Shown here one piece after another: positions 11,605 to 23,400 of a stretch of 64,000 nucleotides of DNA. The DNA lies in the NCBI GenBank assembly GCA_043228905.1, contig JBHGNT010000011.1, positions 124,001 through 188,000 on the forward strand, read 5' to 3'. Made by a program: the position numbers and the translations under genes. The DNA comes from Azolla caroliniana. Taxonomy: Eukaryota > Plantae > Polypodiophyta. Numbering within the stretch: position 1 is the first letter of the stretch; each line of letters begins with the position of its first letter. Under the pieces are notes generated by a model, which was given only the letters and a program-made list of their open reading frames with translations, was not told where the DNA came from and did not search any database.

Positions 11605-14600
11605 TGTCATGATATGACAAGACTCAAACCCTTAACCTTATGTTATATGGGTTGAGCTCTTGACCATTATACCATATATTGTAATACGTAGGATATTATT
11701 TTCATTTAAGTTTTATTATAGGAAATTAATGTATATTCCAAATTTCTCTGGAACATTCTAGAAGCTTCAAGATTTCTCCTAAGAACACTATAAAAGAAGG
11801 CACTAGGCATTATTTTGAACCAAATTGGTTCAACGCCAGTCTTAAGCCTCATAGCCATCTTGTACTTACTCTTCCTATAATATATCATCTGTTATCATCA
11901 TCTCTCTCTCTCGTCCTCACTATGTCTCTCTCTCTTCTCTTCTCTTTCCTCCCTCTCGGGAGTCTTACACAGTCCCGTCCTCTTAGTACTAATAGTACTT
12001 CCCTTCTCTAGTACTGATTCTCTCTCTATTTAGTACTATTCCTGACAGTTTGAACCAATTTCCCTCTCTAGTCTTTCTTTTGTTTCCCTCATCCTCTTAT
12101 CCTTTTTCTATACAATGGCTTCTATTAGCGCCCAAGAATATCAATCTATTTTCTCCGAGCTACAGTGTCTAAAAGAAAAATTTGTTGCCTTGGAACAAGA
12201 AAACCAACGATTGTTATGGGATCTTCAACAAATCGCCCTAGAAAAATAGCAAACGCAACAACAACATGGGGAGTTAGCGTTACGTGTGCAACAACTCGAA
12301 GCAGCGTTGCAACAACAAGGATCAAGTCCCCAAGGATTTCATAAAGAGCCCAAGATTGGACTTCCTGTGAAATTTGATGGAACGCGATCACAATTTAGGG
12401 GATTCCTCAATCAGGTACGCTTAGTCATTCAAATGCATCCTTCTCGATACCCCACTGATGCATCTCGAGTCGGCCTAATAGGCACGCTGCTTAGCAGCTC
12501 AACTTTGGCATGGTTTGCTCCGCTTTTGGAAAAACAATCTCCCTTACTTAATAACTTTGAAGACTTTATTAGTGAGTTTAAAGCTTGCTTTGGAGATACA
12601 GACAACATCCAGACGACGATCAACAAAATCCGACGATTGCATCAAGATGATCGTCCAGCCTCTGCATACGCGGCATATTTCCGTCTACTCGCTTCAGATA
12701 TCCCCTGGGATGATCAGGCACTAATGGAGCAGTTTCGCCAAAGATCTACTTCTAACCTTCCCCAAAGAACCAAAGTCTCTTACAAAGGCAATTAGTTGAG
12801 CAGTCCGATGTGACAAACGCCTTTTTGAACGACGTTCAGAACGTCAATTACAAATACCATGCTCTAGGCCGGAGCCCACTTACGCCTCAGTCGCGGTTAA
12901 ACCATTTGAGCAAGACATACCTCAAGCAAATACTCCGACACTGATGGAGATCGACACCATGCATTGACGTGGCCCGTTATCGGAAGAAGAAAAGCAACGA
13001 CGACGTGCAAATCGATTATGTCTTTATTGCGGTGGACCAGGGCATATCGCAATCAATTGTCCCCATAGGCCAAGAAGATAGGTAAATCAAATTGTAGCCT
13101 GTACTAACCCCGAGTCAATTCTTCCCTTAGGAGTGTCTGATAGTATTAATAGTACTAATAGAGTGTCTAATAGTATTAATAGTACTAATAGCCCAAGTAT
13201 CTTAAACAAATTTGAAATCCTTAGTCAATTAGATGAAGAGTTAAATGATTGAGTCCAACCAAAATAGGAGCCGTTTGGTTGGACAACCCTAGATTTGTAC
13301 AACCCATTAGTGGTTCCATTTCCTCCAAGCAAGTTAGCAATGTGTTCCTAGCCCAAGTCATGATTAGTACTAAAAGTACTCCCCTAGTACACGTCCTAGC
13401 ACTTTTAGACAACTTCCGGCGAAATATCATCCTTATGCCGATGTATTTGACAAGGTAAAAGCCGGTACTCTTCCTCATCATCATCCCTATGATTGTCCCA
13501 TCGATTTACAACTAGGAGCCTAGCCACCATGGGGACCAATTTACAACTTGTCACCCACCGAGTTAGAAGTCCTTCGACCCTACATAGAGGAGAACTTGGC
13601 AAGCGGGTTTATTCATCATTCGAAATCTCCGGCCGGTGAACCCATCTTCTTTGTCAAGAAGAAAGATACCTCACTTCGTCTCGTCGTTGATTACCGCGGC
13701 TTGAATAAAGTCACCATCTGGAATAGGTATGCACTTCCTCTTATATAAAGTCTTTTAGAGCGAGTTAATGGTGCCAAGTTTTTTACAAAAATTGATCTAC
13801 GAGGAGCGTATAACCTCGTGCGGATCCGACCGGGAGATGAATGGAAGACCGCCTTTCGCACACGGTATGGGCGTTTCGAATATACTGTTATGCCGTTCGG
13901 TCTAACCAATGCACCTGCAGTCTTCCAACACATGGCAAATGATATATTCAGAGACCTCTTGGATATCTGTTTGATCATCTATCTGGATGATCTATTGATT
14001 TATTCGAAGACCTAGGAAGAGCATGATTCTCATGTACTATTAGTACTAAAACGACTCCGCAAGAATGGTCTTTATGCCAAGCTAGAAAAATGTAGCTTTG
14101 ACTGCAAGCAAGTGGAATTTCTAGGCTACGTCTTCTCCTCAAAGGGCATCTCCATGGATCCAGCTAAAGTCCAAACTGTGCTAGAGTGGCCAATTCCACA
14201 GTCGATACGAGATTTACAATGTTTTCAAGGTTTTGCTAACTTCTACCGCAAGTTTATATAGGATTACTCGAAGATTATTTTACCTCTCACACAACTTACG
14301 AAGAAGGGACAAGAATTTCTTTGGTCCAATGAAGCGGACATGGCTTTTCGGCATCTTAAGAAAGCCTTTACATCAGCTCCTATTCTAGCTCATGTGGATA
14401 CAAACAAACCATTCATCATGGAGGCCGACGCATCAGATTTCGTCCTCGGTAGCATCCTTTCTAAACAAGGAGATAAGGAAGAGTTACATCCTGTGGCTTT
14501 CCATTCACGCAAATTCGATGCCGCGGAAATCAACTACGAAATACATGACAAGGAGTTATTAGCCATCGTGGATTCCTTTGTGCAATGGCAACATTTCTTA

Positions 14601-16789
14601 GAGGGCTCTCCACATCAGGTCATCGTCTTTAGTGATCACAAGAATCTTGCTTATTTCTAGAACACTCGGGTGCTAAATCGACGGCAAGCTCGGTGGGCTC
14701 AATTCCTCATGCGTTTTGACTTCAAAATCGCATATCGACTGGGGAAGCAGCAAGGAAAAGCAGATGCGCTATCACGACGTTCATATCTTGCACCTCGTTG
14801 TAGTGATCCAACGTTTGATAATCAAAAGCAAGTAATCTTGGGACCAACACACTTGCACACGCACGCGGATTTTTCACACCCCAATGGATTCCCGGATTAC
14901 TAATGCCATACGTGCGAACTTGAAGACAGACAGTTTTGCTCAAGACATTCTGGCGCACATTGATACCTCTCGAGCATCCTGTTCCCAATCTCAACAACTA
15001 GGTATGGACTATCGACAATTCGAATATCATGATGGTTTGTTATTCTTTAAAAAGCTTGTATATGTCCCCGATTGCTCCTGTCGCCTTCAAATCGTCCAAA
15101 ATTGTCACGACACCCATACGGCGAGACATTTCGGTAGTACTAAGACGTTGGATCTCGTTCAACGATCTTTTTGGTGGCCCCATATGCGACGTTTTGTTGA
15201 CGACTACGTTCGGACTTGTGATGCTTGCTGCCCTTACCGATTCGAAGTAAGCCGTGGCAGTCTATTTGTCTTGATTTTATCACAAATCTACCGGTCTCGA
15301 AGGGGTTCGATGCTATCTTAACCATCGTCGATCGATATACTAAGATGACATATTTTATGCCGTGTACAAAGGCCATCACTAGCGAGGAAACCGCCGCCCT
15401 TGTCATGCGTGAGGTATTTCGGCATCATATGGCCTACCAGACAGTATCATCAGTGACCAAGGACCTCAATTTGTCTCCAAATTTTGGCAGCATCTCTTCA
15501 AGATGCTCAAGGTCTCTTGCAACCTCTCCTTCGGCTACCATCCCCAGACCGATGGGCAGGTGGAACGAACAAACCAAACGCTGGAACAATATCTCTGGTG
15601 TTTTCTGAGTTATCAATAGGACGATTGGGCCGAGATTCTCCATTTTCCGGAGTTTGCATATAATAATTTTGTTCACTCCTCGACTCGGGTCTCCCCATTT
15701 TACGCTTATACCGGTTCTCATCCTCGTTGGTCGGTGATCAACACCCTAGAGCTACCTACCAATCCTCGTGCCGAGGATCATTTGGAGAGGCTAAGCAAGA
15801 TCCAGATGGATCTCTCTACTCATCTTCTTCATGCTCAACACACACAGAAGACTTATGTGGATCGTCATCGGCTTCCCTCCTCTTTTGCCATCGGAGATCG
15901 AGTATGGCTCTTACGTCGTCACATCAAGACTACTCGACCGTGCGACAAGTTGGATTATTGAGGACTCGGTCCTTTCCGTATTACTAGTAAGGTTAATGAT
16001 GTCACGTTTTGCCTTGATCTCCCTATGCATCTTCAGATACATCCGGTTTTCCATAGCTCTCTTCTTGAACCTTATAAAGCCAACACTATTCCCGATCGTG
16101 TTACACCACCGTTGCCCTCGCTTGAGTTGGACGCCGGCCCGGAGTATGAAGTTGCTGCCGTCCTCGATTCCAAACTTGTTCGCAGCAAAATTTATATTAT
16201 TTGGTCGATTGGCTCGGCTATAGTCTGAGCGAATGTACTTGGGAACCCGTTGAGCATGTCACCAATGCTTAGGATCTTCTTGCTGAGTTCCACCGAAAGT
16301 ATCTGGACAAACCCGGTCCGCAATCAGCGCCGACTTGTTCCACTCGTCGGCTTAAGGGGGAGATAGTGTCATGATATGGCAAGACTCGAACCCATGACCT
16401 TATGTTATATGGGTTGAGCTCTTGACCATTATACCATCTATTGTAATATGTAGGATATTATTTTCATTTAAGTTTTATTATAGGAAATTAATGTATATTC
16501 CAGATTTCTCTGGAACATTCTAGAAGCTTCAGGATTTCTCTTGAGAACACTATAAAAGAAGGCACTAGGCATTATTTTGAACCAAATTGGTTCAACGCCA
16601 GTCTTAAGCCTCATAGTAATCTTGTACTTACTCTTCCTATAATATATCATATGTTATAATCATCTCTCTCTCTCTCTTCTCTTCTCTTTCCTCCCTCTCG
16701 GGAGTCTTACACAGTCCCGTCCTCTTAGTACTAATAGTACTTCCCTTCTCTAGTACTGATTCTCTCTCTATTTAGTACTATTCCCGATA
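11605..16789 (+). mobile_element. Ty3/gypsy chromovirus (Tcn1/Tf1-like) family 1; full boundaries, degenerate ORFs, protease largely deleted
   Basis: LTRs at 11605-12047 and 16367-16789 (TGTCA...TGACA/CGATA). TSD GTTTC at 11600-11604 and 16790-16794. PPT AAGGGGGAGATAG. Gag, RT (IYLDD), RNase H (EADASD), integrase and chromodomain (EYEVAAVLDSK) are recognisable. Protease ALLD is fused directly to the pre-RT linker at ~13410. Confidence 0.96.
12048..12061 (+). promoter_or_regulatory. Self-priming-type PBS (GTTTGAACCAATTT)
   Basis: Lies immediately after the 5' LTR, does not begin with TGG, and is complementary to AAATTGGTTCAA at ~11822-11833, about 30 nt downstream of the LTR TATA. Confidence 0.8.
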
Positions 16790-16922
16790 GTTTCAATCCA
16801 TATAGACGTTTCTTTAGTCGACATACGAGGTGACTATCCTCCTCCGTCGCCGTGAAGCCTACTGGTTGAGACACATAAATGTCTTCTTCCATATCTCCGT
16901 GTAGGAATGCCGTCTTTACGTC

Positions 16923-18206
16923 CAATTGCTCTAGCTCTAGGTCTTCAATCGCCACAACTCCTAGGAGTCGAAGGGTGGTCATCTTGACTACTGGTGAGAA
17001 TATCTTGTCATAGTCGACTCCGTATTCTTGTTTGAATCCCTTTGCGTCAAGCCAAGCTTTGTACTTGGGTTTTTCCGAGTCGGATACATACTTGTATCGG
17101 AAAACCCATTTGCAAGGTAGTGGCTTCCTTCCAGTTGGTAGTTTGACCAACTCCCATGTCTGATTCTTGTGAATCGAGTCCATCTCGAATTTCATGGCTT
17201 GTAGCCATGTATCGGCATCCGATGCGGCTATAGCTTCTTCATATGTGTGTGGTTCGCCTGCATCGGTGTAGTTGACATAATCAAGGCTCGGTTGATAGAA
17301 CTTTGTTTGTCTTCGAGTTCGTCCGGATCTCCTGAGTGCCGAGATGTTTTGTTTGGATCCTTCGATCGGTATTTGTTGAACTACTTGTGTTAGGAGTCTT
17401 TTTGTTGGATGACTTGCCCCCATCGTGGGATTTCGGCGGTGTCAAGTTGTTCTACCCTATGAGCTTTGTCGACTCGGTTTTAACTTGCATCTTGGTGACT
17501 TTGCCTTTGTCGACTCTTGTCGATTCGGATGTGTCTTTTGATGGCTTTGTCTTTGAGTTTGACAATTGCTCTAGCTCTAGGTCTTCTATCGCCACAACTC
17601 CTAGGAGTCGAAGGGTGGTCATCTTGACTACTGGTGAGAATATCTTGTCATAGTCGACTCCGTATTCTTGTTTGAATCCCTTTGCGACAAGCCAAGCTTT
17701 GTACTTGGGTTTTTCCGAGTCGGATACATACTTGTATTGGAAAACCCATTTGCAAGGTAGTGGCGTCCTTCCAGTTGGTAGTTTGACCAACTCCCATGTC
17801 TGATTCTTGTGAATCGAGTCCATCTCGAATTTCATGGCTTGTAGCCATGTATCGGCATTCGATGCGGCTATAGCTTCTTCATATGTGTGTGGTTCGCCTG
17901 CATCAGTGTAGTTGACATAATCAAGGCTCGGTTGATAGAACTTTGTTTGTCTTCGAGTTCGTCCGGATCTCCTGAGTGCCGAGATGTTTTGTTTGGATCC
18001 TTCGATCGGTATTTGTTGAACTACTTGTGTTAGGAGTCTTTTTGTTGGATGACTTGCCCCCATCGTGGGATTTCGGCGGTGTCAGGTTGTTCTACCCTAT
18101 GAGCTTTGTCGACTCGGTTTTAACTTGCATCTTGGTGACTTTGCCTTTGTCGACTCTTGTCGATTCGGATGTGTCTTTTGATGGCTTTGTCTTTGAGTTT
18201 GACAAT
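16923..18206. repeat. 640 bp tandem duplication within copia 1 (integrase-RT linker and RT N-terminus)
   Basis: 16923-17562 is nearly identical to 17563-18202, with junction microhomology CAAT. The ORF track shows twin MGASHPTK ORFs. Confidence 0.95.
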
Positions 18207-20457
18207 GGGACTTATTGCCGAGTCGGTGTTGGCAAGGAAGTTGTCAGCTTGTTGGAGTTCGACTCTCTGTCGAATCTCTAATTCGGCCTGGTGGGTCGGT
18301 CCTTCTAGGACAGTTCTGCCGTCTTCGAAGGATACCTTCTCGCCGACTATTTTTTGCTGGTGCCGCTGAGAGAAGATATAGTCTTCATTGAAGACCATGT
18401 CACTACTCCATATCAATTTCTGGTTCTTAGAGTCCCATAGCCTGTAGCCGAAGTCCCCATCGGTTCCATAACTGAGAAATATGCACTTCGTTGCATGGGG
18501 TGCTAACTTCGTCCTTTTGTCCCTGGGGATGAACGCATAGATTTCACATCCGAATATACGGAGTCTATCGTAGGTCGGTTGTTTGCCATACCATAGTGCC
18601 TGTGACACTTCGAGCCTGATTGATCTTGATGGTGCCAGATTTATCAAGTCACTGTTGTCTGCAATGCCTTGGCCTAGAATTCCAGCTTTAGTCGGGCTCG
18701 CTGGAGCATTGCCATCACCCTCTCCCGGATCGTTCTGTTGATCCGTTCTGCCACTCCATTTTGCATGGGTGTGTAGGGAATGGTCTTTTGGTGTCGGATC
18801 CCTTTGTCAGACATGTACTGTTTGAAGGCTTTGGAGGTGTACTCGGCTCCATTGTCGGATCAGAGTGTCTTCACTCTGTGTCCCGACTGGTTCTCCACTT
18901 TAGATATCCATTGAGTGAAGACCTCAAGCGCTTCATCTTTGGACTTGATGGAGTATGCCCAAAATTTCTATGTAAAGTCCTCTACGAATGTGATGAAGTA
19001 CCAGGAGCCTCTTAGTGATCGCTCTAGCATGGGCCCACATATGTCTGTGTGCACGAGCTCTAGGGGTTGTCGTACCGTCTCATAATGGAGAGTGTGCAGA
19101 TTTCGGGTCTGTTTTCCATATCGACGATGCTCACAGAAGTTCGTCTTCGCTTGGAGTTTCGGGATGTAGCTTACCGACATCAGCCGATCAAGTCCGGCTT
19201 GAGAAATATGGCCGAACCGGCCATGCCATAAGTTTGGGCCAGTCTTTTCAGCTACGTTCACGGCCCCTTCAAGGTTGATCAATATTAATGGGTACAAGTT
19301 GTTGTAATTGTGCCCACTTCCGATTTTGAGGTTTCCTCGGCTAATCACCCATGTCGACTCATTTAGAGTTGTATGGTACCCGTCTTCAGCTAGCATGCTG
19401 ATGGAGACCAGACTCCTTTTCAGATCGGGTACGTGCCGAACTCGGTGCAGGGTTATTGTGTTGCCATTTGGCAATCTGATGGGAACCTCTCTGGTTCCAA
19501 CTATCTTGCACTCCTGCTCGTTGCCTAGTTGGACTGTGCTGCTAGTGTCGGCCGAATAATTCGAAAACCATTCTATGTTGGGGGTCACGTGGAATGTGGC
19601 ACCGGAATCCAGTAACCACGTGTGTGCATCTTGTGCATTGTAGAGGACTTCTCTGATCATCAAGTTCTCTAAGGAGAGGATTTCTCTGGATCGGGTGTCG
19701 GCAACGTTGACTTCATTGCCGACTGGAGAGTGGTCCTAGTCAGATCATCCTCGATTTCGCTCGGATCACTAACCACTGTCTATCCTCTTGATCGACCAGT
19801 AGTTGGAAATGTTGTGGCCAACTTTTCTGTAGTGTGTAGAATTCGCTTGATCGGCCCGTTTTCGACTTCTACCGCTGTCGGTCTCCCCTCGTTTTCGATC
19901 AATTGTATTGTCGACCAGTTCTGTCGGCTTGTCCTCGCGATCGACTTTGTCGGTCAGCCGACTCAGTCGAGTGATGGGCTTCTGCCGACTCTTCAATGGT
20001 GAGTGCCATTGATTTTCGCCAAATGTACTTCGTGAGGACTTGGCCGATCGTTTCATCCAAGTTCAGGATCGGTCAGCTATTGGCTTATGTCATGTAGAAT
20101 ACCTCCCAACTCGTCGGCAAGCTCGATAGGAGGGCAAGGGCTTTAACTTCTTCTTCAAAGTTGATCCCTTGTGAGGAGTGTTCTGACAACACCCGACTGA
20201 AGGTATTGATGTAGGAGGTAGCCGGATCGATTTCTCTCATCTACAATCAGTTTCGAAGATGAGGACTTCTTCTCGTACACTGCTTGCAACTTCTCCCACA
20301 ATGAGAATGTTGTTGTCTCTTTTGCCATGCTGAAGTAGACATTTTCGACCAAATGCATTTGGATGGTGGAGCATGCTATTTTGTCCATCGATTTCCACTC
20401 TTCGGCTGTCATCGAAGCGGGTTTTTCGGTGTGTCAAATAGCTTCGACTTGTCTTCT

Positions 20458-23400
20458 AAATGTAATGATTTTGCGAGGAATTTGTAAAGCCCACGACCAT
20501 TTCCAAAATGCCAATACTGAATGCATAGATATATTATTATTTAACTATATGTTAACTGTAGCCGACATAACTAGACTCCTCCTTCGTTGGAATTCCCTAC
20601 CTAATTTTACAGATTAGTCAAAGAAAGAAACCATCTTACCATTACCATCTCTCCACCACCACTCCGCTAGATCCCACTCTAACTCCAATAAGGGTTTACT
20701 ATCACAAACCCAAATATCTCAAAAAGGGTTTACTTTTTCAGGATCGGGATCAATAATACCTACCTTCCCTGTTTTTTCAACCACCCTAATAGGTTTCCAC
20801 TCCACTAAATTGAGAAGGTCATCCTCCATAGAGACCTATTGCAATTTTCCCTATGAAACTATTATAAATCCTAAGAAGGATTCATTAGATGTATAAGCTC
20901 TTACTCCAATCAAGACATTAAAAGAAGAGAACGCCCCGTACCATACATGGTTTGCATTAAAAGAAGAGGGCAAAATCTTATTACAAGCGTAACTTATCTC
21001 TTGGAACATTAAAGTACCACATCTTATTGATTTCAAAACTTGTTCCTTAACATCCCTAGAGGATTGATTAAAGTTTAACCCAACACCAACATTAGCCACA
21101 AATGCCTCATCAACTACTTCCTAATTAGATCTTGTCATTCTTCCTAACATATTACCATAATCATCCTTAATCAAGGGGTTCCAAAAAATTGGTTGCCTTT
21201 TCCACTCGTCCTCCCATATAGGATGTTTATGCACAAGATTAGGCAACAAACATTTCGAAGCTCTTAACAAAGAGTTAAAAAATTTATCCAAATAGAAGTC
21301 AAAGGCATATCCTCGTGCACAAACCACCACCTCACATTTCACTTCCAATGTCCACCTCTACATGGAACCAATTCCTTCATACGTTCATGAAGTAACAATT
21401 TCCATGGCTCATTCCCTAGCAACATATTTCTCACAACAAATTTCCTAAGTAATGCTCTACATTGAAACATTGGGTCTATCAACCCTTATCCTCCCTCATG
21501 AGGAGGAGATATTATTACCTTCCACGCAACTTTAGATCTTGTATTTGCATTAGATGCACCCCATAAGAAATTGCGGACAAGCCTTTGTATCTGAGAGTGA
21601 ACAGGTCTTGAAAACAACCAAGATGAGAGGATATACCACATCGAAGACAAAAGCACTTGATTAGCAATTACAATTCTTCTAACCAATGATAGATGTCTCG
21701 AAGACCAAAACAACAATTTCCTCTTCAATGACATCAATAAGGGGGCTATAAGTTGATCATGAGTAATATCAACCCCAATTTGACAACCAAGATATCGTAT
21801 TGACCTCCCATGTTGAAGCCATTGAAAATCCGGATGGGGCAACCAATGTGAAACTCTATTATTCTTTATTCTTATTCCAATGGATTTATTCCAATTTATA
21901 ATAGTACCTAATAGCACACAAAATTCTTGCACCACACATTGAACATTTTGCAAATTCTGTTCCTCCCCATCCACATATAAAGTTGTATCTTCAGCAAATT
22001 CAGTATCAAGCACTTGCTTATTATTGACTCCCCATTGCAACCCTTTAATCCTTAAGGCATGATTATTAAAATACACATGAAAAGCCTCAACTATTAATAA
22101 CTATAGGAAAGGGGCCAATGGGCATCCTTGCCTAACCGACCTTGAAATAGAGAAGGGGGCATCAACTTCTCCCGCCACATATATGGAACTAGACGCATTC
22201 TTATACAAGGCTCCGCAACTACCTAAGGCATTGGAAATCCTAGTTGTAACATAACTTCCTCGAGGAAAGACCAATCAACTCTATCGTATGCCTTTTCAAA
22301 GTCCAACAATAGCACCACTAGGTCAACATCCTTCTCTTTTGCCAAAGCTGTAAGCTCCTAGAACATGAAAATATTATAAAAAATAGAATGCTCTTGCATA
22401 AAACCCATTTGCGGTTTATGAATAATATCATTTAATAAAGGTTGCATACGTTAAGCTAGGACTTTAGCGTATATCTTGTAGATAGTATTTAGAATAGTTA
22501 TCGGCCGCCACTTCTTAATGTCAACTAATACCCCCTCCAATTTAGGAAAAAAATAATTTAACCCTGCATTCCATTGATAAGGCATATCACCCAAAGTAAA
22601 AACCTCTTGTAACACTTCCGTTACATTGATTCCAATGTGATCCCAATAGCAAAGAAAAAATTCAGGAGGAAAACCATTGATGCCAGTACATAGATTCTTA
22701 CCTAAGGCCGTAATTGCAGCATACACCTCATGAACATTAAAAGGATTTACTAATTCATTAGCCATAGAAAGATTAACTTTTTTCTTCATAACACACCATA
22801 ATGTAGATCTTAAGGCCAATTGCTCATGCGTAAATGATTACCTAGTTAGCAAGGATTTATAAAAGTCGGAGGCAATTCTCCTCATTTCAACATTATCCGA
22901 TGTTAATGACCCATCCTCCCTCTCTAATTCCCTCATTACATTCTTAGAACGACTAATTTTATTTACACAAAAAAAATCAGCATTAACCTTATCTGCAAGA
23001 TGAGACCATTTCGCTGAGGATACACGAAATTTGTGTTGAGCTATAACATCCTCAAATTGATGCATCTCAACACGTGTTCGATGCAGTTGAGCTCCAACCC
23101 ACAAAGCCTGTGGGTTCTTCTCCTGAAGTTTTTGAAGAGCAACAATCGTCCACCTAGAAGCTAACATATTTTGCTTGGCCTCTTGTAATTGCAACAACGC
23201 TTTATCCTTAAAAAATTTAGCAATTAAATACAAAACCTTTTGCACCTTAGCAACTTTAGATAGTTGAGCCCCCATCTCATAATTCCATATACCCAACACT
23301 TGACTTCTAAAAATATCATTCGAAAAGAAGGATATAGGAATTTTAGTAGAAAACCTTCTATTTTTTTAAATCCTAACCAACTTCAAAAGCACTAGAGCAT

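Larger units (their letters stand above)
10036..20457 (-). mobile_element. Ty1/copia retrotransposon 1 (degenerate, 5' end deleted, interrupted by a chromovirus)
   Basis: On the - strand: gag (LWEKLQAVYEKKSSS), protease WLLDSGAT, GAG-pre-integrase LWHGRFGH, integrase ELVHTDICGP, RT (QLDVKTAFLHG, LYGLK|QASTMWYQKF) and RNase H (GYTDSDYAG, STTEAEY). Confidence 0.92.
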
